Positions 46,381 to 60,849 of a stretch of DNA of 64,000 nt are shown here, piece by piece. The DNA is from the human T2T-CHM13v2.0 reference genome, Homo sapiens, in the NCBI RefSeq assembly GCF_009914755.1, contig NC_060939.1. One strand, given 5' to 3'. The position numbers were made by a program, and so were the translations under genes. The number at the start of each line of letters is the position of its first letter. Within the stretch, counting starts at the first letter, position 1. The notes under the pieces were generated by a model that saw only the letters and a list, made by a program, of their open reading frames with translations, ran no database searches and was not told the DNA's origin.

Positions 46381-46919
46381 CCATTTCTTACTTCTGTGCC
46401 TTTAAAGGTATTACAAAGGAATTTAAGAGCACCCATTGTAGGGCAAAAGTGAAGAAAAAAATTAACTGTGGGTATGTTATGATAATTGCTTGTATTAGTT
46501 ATGAAGCCATGTATCTACAAGAATGTCCTTATCCAAACAACTGTATTTAGCATAAAAAATCCTGGAAAAGTGGCTTATCAATTTCAAAAACTTATCTCTG
46601 TAAATATTATATAATGGAATTTGTTTTCCAGTATCTTACATAGCAATGTCATCAAGTTTATAAACTGGATAATCGGCTAATTATTTTATGAGAATGGCAG
46701 AAGTCATTTAAAGTGGCCACATTCAACTCTGAGTGTATATGTGCATATGCCCATCAAAATACAAGCAGGGCTCAATAGGTAGTTTATGTTTGTGGGCAGG
46801 TAATCTTAAAAAATATTTACCTAAAAATCAATATGACTGCTTAAATAAATAAATTGTACATTATTCTAAGAATACATGTTATGAAATATTGTCAAGCCTA
46901 GCAGTAATAAAGATAAAAG

Positions 46920-47305
46920 TATAATTATTCTTGATAACCCCAAACTGAAGAGAACTCAAAGGCCCCTAAAATTGGAGAATGGATTGTAAAAAGCTGTGAT
47001 ATAGTCAAATAATTGAAAACTACTCAAAAGTACTACAAAAAAAGACACCAAAAGTATGTATTGTATGATCACATCCATATAAAGTTTCAGAATGGGCAAG
47101 ATCAATCTGTAGTGACAGAAGCAAGAATAATGGCTGGAGGGTGACAGGAATTGATGGTATGTGGCATGAGAAATTTCTGGGGTAATGTCGATGTTCTGTG
47201 GGCTGTGGGTTGCTCAATCATTTATTTTTATCAAAAGTCACTGAATAATAACTTAAAATCTGTGCATTTCACCGTATCTAAAGTATACCACAACTAAAAA
47301 CAAGG
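46920..47305 (+). mobile_element. L1ME-type 3' end
   Basis: CCATATAAAGTTTCAGAATGGGCAAGATCAATCTGTAGTGACAGAA...ACTTAAAATCTGTGCATTTCAC. Confidence 0.65.
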
Positions 47306-47543
47306 AAAAAATACTATCAAAAAATATGGAAAAGTAAACTTTTGCACATTAGTCTCAAAAAACAACGATTTCTGATATTCTTTTTACTCTATCAACATGT
47401 TTTTCATTTTGAATCATCTAGGTTTTTCTGTATTATTGTGCTTCAGCTCAGAGAGTGAATATTTAACAAAATGCAGAGTATGAATTTCAGTGAAGTAATG
47501 ACCAAAAAATAGGCCATAAACAGATTATTGAGAGATTAGTATT

Positions 47544-48175
47544 TGCGGTATGCACAGTAGCCTCCCAAAGATGTCCACATCCTCATTCCTGGAATCTGTG
47601 AGTATAGCAAAATGGACTTTGTAGCTGTAATTAAGGTTACAAACCTTAAAATAGGGCGAGCAGCTTTAAGTATCCAGGTGAACCCAATCTAATCATGTGA
47701 ACCTTTAAGAGCAGAGAACATTCCTCAGCTGGAGAAAAAGAGGCTTGGCAGAGGGAGAAATTAGAAAGATTCCACCTGAGAAAGTTCGGAGGCGTCATTG
47801 CTGGTTTTGCGATGTAGAGGCTCACATAGGAAGTCTGTAGACAGGTTACTAGGAGCTGACACCAGCAACCACCAGTTGACACAGGCAAGAAAACAATGAC
47901 CTACAACTGTACAAGGTACTGGGAATGGTGATACAACTGCAAACAACTAAATTCTGCCAAAACCTTAATAAACCTGGAAATGTACTCCTACCAGAACTTC
48001 CCAATAAGATCCCTGTTGATTGTCACCTTCCTTTGGACCTTGCTGGACGTTGAACCAGGGGAGCTGGTTGAGCCCACTCAGACTTCGGACCTACAGAAGT
48101 GTGAGGTAATAATTTATGTTGCTGAAGCCATTAATTTTTTTTTGAAATTGTCATGCTGCGAATATAAAATAAATA
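47544..48175 (+). mobile_element. MLT1 (D/E-like) MaLR LTR
   Basis: TGCGGT...CCCAAAGATGTCCACATCCT..TCCTGGAA.CTGTGA...CCCAATCTAATCA...GACTTCGGACCTACAGAA. Confidence 0.8.
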
Positions 48176-48307
48176 CATTATTTTAGAATGAGACTGGATC
48201 TGGAAGGGCTTGTGTTGATTCTCAAGGAGATTGAAAAATATATCTCATAAATCTAGTGAAAACATGAAAGTTCTGGGGAGGATGAAATTGATAATATCTT
48301 TTCCATT

Positions 48308-48649
48308 TGTATTAGTCCGTTTTTGCACTGCTATCAAGAACTGCCTGAGACTGGGTAGTTTATAACGGAAAGAGGTTTAATGACTCACAGTTCCGCACGG
48401 CTGGGGAGGCCTCAGGAAGCTGACAATCACGGCCGAAGGCAAAGGAGAAGCAGGCACCTTCTTCACAAGGTGGCAGGAGAGAGAGAAGCAGGAGCACAGG
48501 AAAAAATTGCCTCTTTTAAAACCAAAAGATTTCATGAGACTCACTCACTATCATGAGAACAGCATGGGAGAAACCACCTCCCCATAATCCCATCACTTCC
48601 TGCCCTCAACACGTGGGAATGGGTGGGGACACAGAGCCAAAGCACATCA
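48308..48649 (-). mobile_element. THE1D/MSTA-like solo LTR
   Basis: TGTATTAGTCCGTTTTTGCACTGCTAT...GGGGACACAGAGCCAAAGCACATCA. Confidence 0.88.
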
Positions 48650-50211
48650 GCCTTTATGTTGATTCTACTACGTCATTCCTGTTAGACCATCTCTCTCTGT
48701 TTTGTTTTCCTAGAATATCCCATTGCTTGTATTGAAATCATTTCTAGGTATAAACTTTATTCTCAGTAAAACTTTGAGAATGTGAATATACTTGGTATTT
48801 TTACTTCATCAACACATAGGAAAATTCTGTACAAAGCCAAAATTCTTCTTTTGATTGCCCTACTAATATAGGAAAAAAATGATGGAAATATAAATATTTT
48901 ATATGAAAACTAAAATCTTCTGATATGGCCTCAAGGCATGTTGGTCAACCTCATCCCTTTCACAAACTGGCATCAGTGACTGTTACTCTCAGTTTCCTTC
49001 CTTGTTTCCTCACATATACTCTCCCTATTCCTCCCCCAAAATCATTACTTCTAGTTAAAATAGATCTTTCTTTCCATTTTTCATTCTTGTCACCATTTTC
49101 AGGAAAGAACTATTACCCCTTTCTTTGATCAAAAGCAACTCCCCAAGTACAATGTTTTTTTCTTGCCTGGGAAGGTTATTTTTTTTCATGTTGGAAAGAA
49201 ATGAAAGATTAGAAACCAAACCACACACAACCTTGCATACTGCAGTCACCAAGGAGGTAACTTTCCACCATTACTTGAGACAAATGTGTGTGTGTGTTTT
49301 TAATCTAGTCTGATCTCAGAACCTCTAAATAGATGAAGAAATACATGTGTAATTGAAAAAAAAAATCTGTTCTCTCGGCCATTATTCAAAAGACAGTAGC
49401 TCAAATAACAAATCTTAAAGCTCTTTAAAATGGAAAAACATTTTCTTGGTGGAACATCAAATGATAGCTTATTCACATTAAAATCCATAATTACAACAAG
49501 CGCCAGTGAACAGGTCTGGCTATTTTTCATTGAAAACAAACAAGTATAACAATCGTAGAACACCTGAATTTATTGGCTTTAATTAAATGTGTTTGTTCTA
49601 AACTGATGTAATTTAAGCACAATCCATAGAAAAGAAAATCTATTGTATATTCAGTACCGATTTGCCTGTCCACATAAGAATATTTATAGTCTAGTGAAAA
49701 TTAGCCTGATGTTATATACAGAAAAGGATAAAACCTCTAATAACATTATTTTTTTCATTTAAAGGAAAGGTTTAAAATAAACTTTATATATTATAAAGTC
49801 AGCTAAAGTTATTTTTATTTCTCTTAACTAAATACATTGAGATTTTAGAAGCAAAAATATAAATTTCTGAAATTGTATACATTATCAAAACAATTTCACT
49901 GAAGATTGGGGTTTAGATCAGGAATCAGTGTTTCTAAGAAGTCTATTGATTACTTTCCTCCACCTATTGTAAGTAACTAATAAACTTTTTTTTGCTATGT
50001 TTGAAATATTAAACTAATATTAAACATAACTGAACCAACTCAGTGGATGAACTCTAGCATTGAGGTAGGTCTATGTAACATATTTGTGATTATAGCAATA
50101 AAAGAAATGCATTTCAATTTTTTTTTCAATTTCTACTATATACTAGCTAATGGATTAGCTTTGTAGTATTAAGTTGAAGAATGGGAAGCAGAAATAGAGT
50201 AGAAAAGATAA

Positions 50212-50420
50212 ATGACATTTATTAAGTCCATGCTGTGGACTAGGTATATGATGGACTTTCTGTACATATTTATTTATATAAGAATCTTATAAATTGCAAA
50301 TTATCCTCACTTAATATATAAGAAAATTGAGACTCAGACAAGTAAAATAACTCATTCAAGGTTACATAAATGGGCTTTCAATCCTTATTTGTCTAGTTCC
50401 AGTGCCCACGACCTGGCTGT
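50212..50420 (-). mobile_element. MIR
   Basis: ACATTTATTAAG...TTATCCTCAC...AAGAAAATTGAGACTCAGA...AACTCATTCAAGGTTACA. Confidence 0.7.
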
Positions 50421-52653
50421 CTGGAAGAGAAACAAACTGAGGAAGAGAAAAAGTAAAATAAGCAGTGAAGGCAGAAATTGCTAAACTCTGTAGTGCTATC
50501 AGGGGCACATAGGCATCTTCCTGGAACTAGCACTACGAGAATGTAGCCCTCTCCATACATCAACACTGTGTCTTTGTAGTGAGCTATAGAGAAACTTAGA
50601 AGGCAAGACCTCGACTGCCTAAGTGGACATAAATGTAAAATGTTTAGGTCTTGTGCAGGTCCAGACTCAGAGTGAAGAACGTGAAGATCTTGCTGCCTCA
50701 GGTGAGAAACTTAAATGGATGTCAAATAAACTCAGTAATCAAGGTAAATGATAATGTAATATTTTATTAAATCAAAATTAATGTGGGAAATCCATGATGA
50801 ACAACATATTAACATTGTAAATTAAGACAAAATCAATATTACTGATGTTTTCTTTTGCTTCATGCTTCCATGTGGCTTGGCAATGGTGCTGTGCTGTTAC
50901 TGATCCTATGGGACTGCTGAGCATCTGCTAGAGATGATAACAAAAAGAGTCAAAGGGTGAGTCAAAGAGTGCATGTATTTAAAATTCATATAATAATCAT
51001 ATTTAATGACTACAGCTTGAGGTTTTAAAATTTCTTCATATCTGTAGGTGTACTATCTTTTTCTATTTTAAAAATTTTCTTCCTTCTTTCTACTTTTTTT
51101 TGGAAATTGTCAAAAGTGTATTGTATTGGCCTTTTCAAATATCATACTTTGAAAATATTTATCATGTACTCCTACTTTTTGTTTTTTATTTAATAATTTT
51201 ATGCTCATCAATTCCACCTATATCTTTTCTGCCAGTTAGTCTACACACTAGTTTTCAACCAGAAGTCCTTTTTTAAATGTCCAAGTCCTCTCACATTTTA
51301 TATGCATATTATAGTTTTTCATATTCTATTTGTGTTGAAAACTCTTATTCCAAGAGCCTTTACTCAGTAATTCGGGATGATGGATAAATTGTGTTGTGGG
51401 TGTTCCCATGGATTTTCTTTTGCATGTGTGAGTTCCCTATTCCTCTAGGGAGAGTGTAGCTATGTATGTTAATAAACAAAAAGATTCAAGTCACTATAAA
51501 CAAGACAATACATGAAGAGTGCAGGCAATATCTTAAATAAGAATTATTGGCACTGACATTGATAACTCAAATTGGAATAAAACAGAATTAAAAGTTCACT
51601 ATCATGTAGTGATTCCTTAAAATAAGGAAGGATTTGGATATAGATTTATAGGGGAAACATGTTACCAGGACATTCTTAAGAAAATAAAAGGATGGCTGAA
51701 AAAAATTATGTAAAACCCGAATGATCATTCAAGCAACAAATAGACATAAAAGGCCTCAGATAACATCACCCCAAAAAATCTAGCCAAAGAATGGGCCAAA
51801 ATAAGGATAAAGTAAATAGAGACATTTTATGAAATGACAGATAAGTCCTATAAGTACAGCACAAAGATTAAGCAACTAAAGAAAACTTCTTGCAGACTAT
51901 AGAATAAAAGGCATAAATTTTGGTAAAATAAGAATAACGCAAGTTACAAAACTCCAGAGGTTGCAGAAGAGAATTAAAAAAAAAACTGTCTTGACAACAT
52001 GATCTCTTATAAAAAGATGTAGACTGGAGCAGTTTAAAAGTAAAATCTGAAAGTAAAATAGAAACCACAGGAACTTCTACCAGTAACTGCAGATTTGTAA
52101 TGGATATCAACTCTCCCATGGAACACAACAACAAAATTTTCTTCAAGACACTAAATGTTAACAAAGCCATGGAAAATTGCAAAGCCCAGATACAATAGCT
52201 GAGCTTGGCATTGAGCATCACTTTTCAACTCAAGATTTTTACTGATTCTAGGAAGTTAAAAAATAGATTGCAAAACTAAGGAATACTTTTGGCAGCCAAA
52301 TGCATGTAACTGTGTGAGTGTGCAAGGGATTGTGGTGGGGAGAATTGGAGTACAGTACCCTCCAGGCTTTGAGTTGGGGGCAAGGACTACACTCGATAAA
52401 GACCAGCCCACTTAGGGACATAAAACTAGTGTCTAATTATCTGTACACTTATGGGTGCACTAAGTAACCTGCTAGTGCCCTTAGCTTACTGCAGAGAGCA
52501 AATGTAATTCCTCTCTAGAGAATGTTAACATTTCCAAGGCCTCAAATTACTTTCAGTTTTTCATATATAATGCCTAGTACTCAATTTAAACATACATGTA
52601 AATAAATATATGATGAGATATGATGAAGAAATTACTGAAGGAAAAAAGGAGGA

Positions 52654-53348
<695 letters not shown>

Positions 53349-53435
53349 GCAGACATATAAGAGAAAAATCAACAACAAAAAAAGTTTTTCCTGGAAAAAA
53401 ATAATGAATCTCTTTATAATTGCCTAATTATAGTA

Positions 53436-53759
53436 CAGATGTTCCTCAACTTATGATAGTGTTACATCCTGGTAAGCCCAATATAAATTGAAGATATCAT
53501 AAGTAGAACATGTATTTAATACGCTTAACCTGCCAAACATCATACCTTAGCCCAGTCTACCTTAAACATGTTCAGAGCACTAACATTAGCCTTCAGTTGG
53601 GCAAAATTATCTAACAGAAAGCCTATTTTTATAAGAAAGTGTTGAATCTCTCATGTAATGTATTCAATATGGTACATTATTTTGGAATTGTGATTGTTTT
53701 GCAGCATTGTAAAGTTGAAAAATTGTAAATCAAACCATCATTAAGTCAAGGACTATCTG
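53436..53759. mobile_element. MER47A-like (Tigger5 family) TcMar MITE
   Basis: TIRs CAGATGTTCCTCAACTTATGAT...ATCATTAAGTCAAGGACTATCTG with TA target duplication at both ends. Confidence 0.85.
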
Positions 53760-54651
53760 TATATTTAAATTCTTTTATACAGACACACACACACATACAT
53801 ACACATGGAGAAAGAGGGGAAGAGAGTGACAGAAAGGTAAACAGTGAGACAGAAAGAGAGACCAGAAGTGACCAGTGTGAGAAATTAACAAAGGGGAGGA
53901 CATCACTACAGTTTCTATAGACATCAAAAGAAGTATAAAAGATTTCTAGTGGCCCCAGCTAGTGTGATAAGGCAATTAAAAGAAGTTAAATTTGTAAATA
54001 TTGCAAAGGAAAGTAAATGCTATTTTGCAGATGGCATGGCTATGTACAAATATCAAAAATTATCTACAAAAAATTAGAAATAAAAGCCAGTTTAGTAAAG
54101 TGACTGGATTTATAACAAATGCACAAAAAGCAAAAATCAATTGTATACCTATTACACTTTTTGTTTGATAAAGTAGAAATAATTCATCACAATCAAGGAC
54201 AGAAAGGAAAGGGAATAAATACATCCTTAAACTGTGTACCCTAGATGCCTCTCTTGCTTCACGCTAGTCTCAGTCCTGATGAAAACAGCTCATTATTTGT
54301 TAGAGAAATTTAAATTAAAACTGTAATGACATGCCATTCTACACATACTAGTTTGTCTAACATTAAAAGACTAACAATAACAATTACAAATGAAGATACA
54401 GAACAAGGGAAATTCTCATAGACTGCTGGAGAAAAAGTAAATGGATGCAGCTACCCACTTACATACTTATACCACAAGATACAAGCAAGGATGTTCATAG
54501 CAGCATTATTTGTTTTTAAAAAAAGGATGAATTTTAAAAATTGCCTATGAATACTATTCAGCAATGAAAATGAACAAATTAGAACTACATGTAACAACAT
54601 GTGTCAATCTCACATGCATAATGTTAAGCAATAAAAGAAAATAAAAGAGTG

Positions 54652-55434
54652 TGTATTTGTTTCCTGGGGCTGTTGTAACAACTTACCACAGACTTAGCGA
54701 TTTAAAACAAGAGAAATTTATTCTCTCTCAGTTAAAGAGACCAGAACTACAACATTCGTTTCACTGACCTAAAGTCAAGGTGGCAGAAGGGCTGTATTCT
54801 CACTGGAGACTCCAAAAGATAATCCGTTCATGGCCTCTTCCATCCTGTGGGCCTTCCTCCATTTTCAAAGCCTGCATCACAGCATCTTCAAACTTCTCTA
54901 TTTCCGTCGTCCCATTGCCTTCTGCTCCCTCTGTCTCCTTTTTACAACGACACTTGTGACGGCATTTAGGGCTCACTCAGATAACGCAGGATGATCTCCT
55001 CTCAAATTTCTTTCTTTCTTCTTCTTTTTTTTTTTTTTTTTTTTTTTGAGACAGAGTCTTGCTCTGTCACCCAGGCTGGAGTGCAATGGTGCGATCTTGG
55101 CTCACCGCAACCTCCACCTCCTGTGTTCAAGTGATTCTCCCTGCCTCAGCCTCTCGAGTAGCTGGGATTACAGGCGCCACCACCATGCCCGGCTAACTTT
55201 TGTATTTTTGGTAGAGACGGGGTTTTCATCATGTTGGCCAGGCTGGTCTCGAACTCCTGACCTCAGGTGAATCCACTTGTCTCGGTCTCTCAAAGTGCTG
55301 CGATTACAGACGTGAGCCACTGCGCCCAGCCTCAAATTTCTTAAATACATCAGCAATGCCCTACTTCAAAGGAGGTCAGGCTCCATGGATTAAGACACGG
55401 ACATGCCTTTAGAAGGCATTATTGGCCTACCACA
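54652..55434 (-). mobile_element. MLT1C/D-like LTR interrupted by an Alu
   Basis: TGTATTTGTTTCCTGGGGCTGTTGTAACA...GGCATTATTGGCCTACCACA; perfect TSD GAGTG (54647-54651, 55435-55439). Confidence 0.85.
55011..55331 (-). mobile_element. Alu (AluS)
   Basis: Antisense full Alu; TSD TCAAATTTCTT. Confidence 0.95.
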
Positions 55435-56199
55435 GAGTGGGTATATAAATATCAAAACATTAAGAAAAGTAAACTCCAAATAGTGGGTATCTTTGAAGAC
55501 AAATGAAGGAGTAGTAATCTATTTTGCAAAAAAAAAAAAAAGTATATTATTCTGAGTAGTAGTTGTGGAGGTATTTGTTTTGCGATAATTCCTTAAGGTG
55601 TATAAATTTTCTTAGGACTTGACCTTACATATATATGTTTATGCATACATTATTCATAGATATACATATATTAAAATTTAAGAAAGAAATTATAATGACT
55701 CAATCTTCTAATATTTTAAAACAATTTTTAAATGTGACCTTTTAGGAAATAATGAAGTCACATAAATAAATTTAATACTTCCAGTTAAAAAACAGATATA
55801 GTATTCTTTTATTAGAAAATTATTTTTTATCCATTCTGCTAGCTCTCTCTCTCAATATACATATAGTTATGTATCTCCTATCTATATCCAAACTTTTTGG
55901 AGTATGAAATTTAAAACACATATAACTATTTTACAGCTATTATAATAATTGTATATGCCTATTCCTTTTAAACTTGAATAGTACCAAAAAGTGCAAAGAA
56001 GAAACAAAAAAAAAATCACCCAAATGAATTCCACCAACTGTTAACATTGGTGTTTCTGAAAATTTGGGGTGATTTATTTTGTTTTCTTTGTACTCTTTGG
56101 CATGAAGTATTTTTATAAAATAAGCAAAGTCATTACTATAAAAATCACTGAAATAAAGCCTATGCAGAAATTGTAATAATGAAGATAACAGAGGAATCA

Positions 56200-56440
56200 C
56201 TGCTTACATAGCCATTTATTTAGTGCTTACCATCTACTATGCATTATTCAGTGTGTATTACATTTTGTTTTTCATCATCACAATAATTTTTCAAGATATA
56301 TACATATATATATATATAACAGAATATTGTATCTGTATTTATTATAGATGATAAAACAGAGGTGCTTTGTGAGTTTAAGTGACAGCCAGCAAACAATATT
56401 GCTTCGTTATGGTACCCAAGAGTTCTGGCTTCAGTGTGAA
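56200..56440 (-). mobile_element. MIR (degenerate)
   Basis: CCATTTATTTAGTGCTTAC...TCATCACAATAA...TATAGATGATAAAACAGAGG. Confidence 0.55.
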
Positions 56441-58866
56441 ACGAAATATTCAATGTTTTCCACCGCCACTCAGGATGATTCTAATTCAATTATGACTGAA
56501 TCAGATGGATGTATTGACATTTCAGAAGTGCAGATTATTCAGTGAAACCATGTACATGTACATGTTTGTTTTCTCCTCAAATCTTGCTCTCCTTCCTCAT
56601 TCTTTCAACCAACACCTAACACCTCCCTGAAAACACACAATACACACAAACACAACTAATGCCTTGAGAGCTGAGGCCATAGCTGACACATATTTCAACA
56701 CCAGAGTCTAACACAGAATCTAGCACTAAAAGTCACTCCCAGAATGTTTACTATAAATAAATTAGTGATGAGAGACTGCAGCTTAAATCCATGACCATCA
56801 ACTCTGCTGCCACCCTTCCAAGCAAGAGTTAGGGCCCTCACTGAAGCTATGTAGTTGTCATTTATGCAGAAGCTTTGTAAAGAAAACCAGAGCTTGGATA
56901 GTGGGTAGCAGCAATCTCTTCTCAACTTCCCCTATGAAGAGAAAAACTCATTGCAGTCTATAGCTACCAAACGCAGAGGTCACAGGATTTCTGCGACAAG
57001 AACTCCCACTGCTATGGTCTTCCACAAATAATGCTAACAGAAACAGAGAGGAAAAACAATTATCAAACAGAATCAAATAAATGTCTGACTGCATGCTCTC
57101 TTTCAAGATTTTGCATCTGAGGATATCAGAAAGGAAAGCAATTCAGAGGTAATCACATGCCTAATGTGCAAATCAATAACATGCTGGTCTAATGCTCGAT
57201 TTCATGAGATTGCTGTTATATAAATGTAGGGAAAAGCAAATAATCAGGAGCCAAAATTGTCTTTATCAGGGAAAGTTCATAATTAGTTTGCATTTTCACA
57301 AAATTCCAAATAGTACTGATTAAGCCAATATGTATTCCAAGCAGCAACAGCTACAATAGTCAGCCTGTGTGGGGAGAAGCATAAATCTAATGAACTCAAA
57401 TTTAATATCCCTAATTGTACCAATGTAAGTAACAGTCAATGACTGAGCATGAAGCCCTTTCCCTAGACAATCTCTAAAATAGCTTTTAACTGAATTTTGT
57501 GAACAGTATGTAGAGAAAATCTAAGGAAAAAAACACAGTGAAGGCAAGAATTCCCAAAATGCAAATCAGAAAACATTAAAATAATATTATGAAAGTTTGG
57601 TTTTCACAATTAGGGTATTGTTCAAGTTCAATTCACATTCTCATTGTTGTATTTTTCTTTTAATTTTTCAACTTCTAGACATATTTATGCAATTATTTGT
57701 AAATCTGTCTAAATTCTAGAAAAAAATTTGCCCATTTGAATGTCATAGAAACAGAAATATAAAAACAATTTTAAGATATAAATATTCTTGAGGATTTATA
57801 ACCAAATATTTTTATTCCTTAGTCAACTAAAAATATTCCCTTATATCTGTGCCCCAATTAAAATAAAATTGAATGAAATGAATATTTTAAGATACTGGTT
57901 TTCAGCATTTTCTTACTTTTTTGTAAATGGTACAAAACTAAGTAACTAGTTCTCCTTTGCATAAAGAACTGCTCACCACTCTCCAAGAACAGCTGTTTAA
58001 TTCTGACAAATAAGAAAATAATACAGATACACCTTTCACTCCTCCAGAACAAAGCGAAGAGAAAGAGATCAGATTGACAGAGAGTGGGAAGAGAGATGAT
58101 TTGTTCTTGAAGACAGACATGAAAGGTCAAGATATGAATTTTAGATAGACAGGGTAAGAACTTGACAAGCGAAAAGAGAATCAACTTTGTGATCTGTTAT
58201 ATACTTGCAATGTCAGAAAAAATAAGATATTATGCTTCAACTTCAAAGTGTCAAGTGTAATACTGTAGTTGATGCAAGGGATGTAGGTTTTAGGAAGAAC
58301 AAAAAGACCGTGAGCCAGACTTGAGTGCCCTTCTGCCAGGTGTTTTTTTGTCATCTTAATCAAACTAAGGCTCCTGTATATTTGGGATTCATTGCTAGAA
58401 GTTTAATCTGCCCTGTTGTTGCCTTTCATCTGCTTCTTTGTCGCCTGAGAAGTAGATTGATTTATCGATTTTGATTTTTAAGTTCAAGAAGGATATTTTA
58501 GTTCCAGGCAAAAGTACCTAATTTATAAGGTGCTGAAAATGTGTGAAGATGCCACCTTTCCAATGAGTTTCTAAAGAACTTAATTGGCCTACTAAAATAA
58601 TAGGCTTGATTTTGAGGCCTGACTGGCAGTTTACAAAGTGCTGGCTGGCTCAGATCTGTCCCTTTCAAGCTTAATGAACAGTCTTTGTTCAACTTCCAAA
58701 CATTCCATATGGTTAGTGCTTGATGGAACACAATATTTTCACCATGAATGAGAAGTTCAATACATTTACTCATAACTGCTAACTGAATAGCCTATATAGA
58801 GTCAAAATTTAGCCTATGTGTCTCTAACTATATATATATGTATATTATATGTATATTATATATATA

Positions 58867-58920
58867 TGGAGAAGTTCTATGTTCATATATATATATATAT
58901 TTGGAGAAGTTCTATGTTCA
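58867..58920. repeat. 19-bp perfect direct repeat separated by (TA)n
   Basis: TGGAGAAGTTCTATGTTCA at 58867-58885 and 58902-58920. Confidence 0.9.
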
Positions 58921-59268
58921 CTAGGTACTGTACTCTGCGGAACTTATATAAAATGGGCTGCCAGAACATGCATGATTGATTTGGTTTTGTTGCTGATACC
59001 CAGAAAATCTTGATTTCCCTTGACTTTCTACTCAGCAAGCTAGTAAATAAATTTATTAGTGGCAATATCATAGCACTTTTCTCTGATGAGCTCTAAGTAT
59101 TTTCCAAGCATCTCCTCATTAATCCTTACAATATTTCTATGAAGTTAACTAGCAGAGATATATCTATTTTAAGGTAGAGATCAAATTGTTTTATGGATAG
59201 GTGAGTTGTCCAGAATTGTATAGATTATTACTGAGGAAGAAGGAAGAAAATTAGGTTTCCCATATCTC

Positions 59269-59380
59269 AGATAACCATATAATTTATTCTGCAAACTAGG
59301 AAACTTGTGAAAGTGATAGGGACACTATTAATAATGATGCCAGGAGAACACTGACAAACTGAGAATACAACCATGCTACC
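59269..59380. mobile_element. MER94-like hAT-Blackjack fossil
   Basis: ACCATATAATTTAT...AAAGTGATAGGGACACTATTAATAATGATGCCAGGA matches recalled MER94. Confidence 0.6.
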
Positions 59381-59959
59381 TATATCCTACTGAATGGAAT
59401 AGTAAGAGAATCACAATGCCTAGTTGAAAGTTGTAAGCCAAAGGATTTGTTTCATTATTTTGAGTTGCTGTAAAATAAAATTCTACTACAAATAGTTTGT
59501 TGCATTTACTTCCATTATTTTAATATGTAATTTTTCAAACATACTTGGAATTATAACTTAACATGTAATTTTGTATTCAGAATTTTTAATTTGACACTTC
59601 AAATTGTTTTGCTAATATACTAAGAATGCTTTATAAACATTTACAAATTACCACATTATGTTAACATATATGGATTTACCTTAATCAACATAACCATAGC
59701 CCAGTTATTATTTATAATTATTTAGATTTATGAATAGTGCTCCAATGAGATTTTTAGCATACATTTTTCATATAGCTTTAACAATCTCCTTAAGATATAT
59801 ATTTTTTGATTGCCTCCAGTTATATTTTTAATCTTTATTTACAATTTATTCTTATTTTTAGGCTTGAAGTTTACCTTTTGGGGGAATTTATTCTTTAATC
59901 TTGTTAGAACTTGTTTTGGTGACTGGTAGACGGGAACAATCATGAATGATGTCATTATT

Positions 59960-60270
59960 TGTCTTAGTCAGCTCGAACTGCCATCACAAAATACCACAGA
60001 CTGAGTGGTTTAAACACAAATGTATTTTCTTACACATCTGGAGGCTGGAAAGTCCAAGATCAGGATCTGTGAAGGTTTGCTATCTGGTGAGCGTTCTCTT
60101 GCAGACAGTCAAGTTCTCTCACTCTGTCCTCACGTTGCAGGGAAAGAGAGCAAGCTCTCTGGTGTCTATGTTATAAGGGAACTAATTCCATCATGAGAAC
60201 CCTGCCCTCATGACATCATCTAAACCTTGTTACTTCCCAAAGGCCCTGTACCCAAACATCATCACATAAA
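59960..60270 (-). mobile_element. MLT1A-like LTR
   Basis: TGTCTTAGTCAGCTC..CTGCCAT.ACAAAATACCACAGACTG...CCCTCATGAC.TCATCTAAACCT. Confidence 0.85.
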
Positions 60271-60849
60271 TTCTGAATTTTGGGTTAAATTACATCTATC
60301 TCATTATAATACTATTCTATTAATATTATTTAATTGGTAATACATGTTGAAGTTTCTGGAGATTATTGTTTTTCTATTAACATGATAAATTATAGTAAAC
60401 TATTTCCTAATGGTCATCCATTCTTGCTTACTAACGTGAACACTACTTGATTATGAAGTATGATTTTAATGTGATTGCAACTTTTAATTGTAAAGTACGG
60501 TTTTAGAATATTTGCATTAATATTTATTAGTGGAATAGGCCTGTATTTTATTGTGTGTAATGTATATGAGGGAGATGAAGGGAAAGTGATGGGAAGAGAA
60601 CACATGTGTTCAGCTTTGGTCAAGTTTAGTATAAATACAATATTCATAAATATATTTGGAAGTATTTTTATTTTCTGTACATGGAAACATTTAAAGCTAT
60701 AGATTTCTCCTCTCCCTCTCACTGTCACTCTCGCTCTTTTTGTGTGTGTGTGCCCGCGCATGTGTGTGCACTGCATGCATCATTTAGCCCTGCTGACTGA
60801 TATACCTGGTTATTTATGATCAAAAGCCAGACATTGACCTAAGAGAAAA

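Larger units (their letters stand above)
53880..55610 (+). mobile_element. Degenerate L1ME fragments hosting an MLT1 LTR
   Basis: GACATCACTACAG; GGATGTTCATAGCAGCATTATTTGT; TACTATTCAGCAATGAAAATGAAC. Confidence 0.6.

Noticed and set aside
50780-50915. Possible short hAT-type DNA transposon end
   Set aside because: I could not assign a family or find a second TIR with any confidence.
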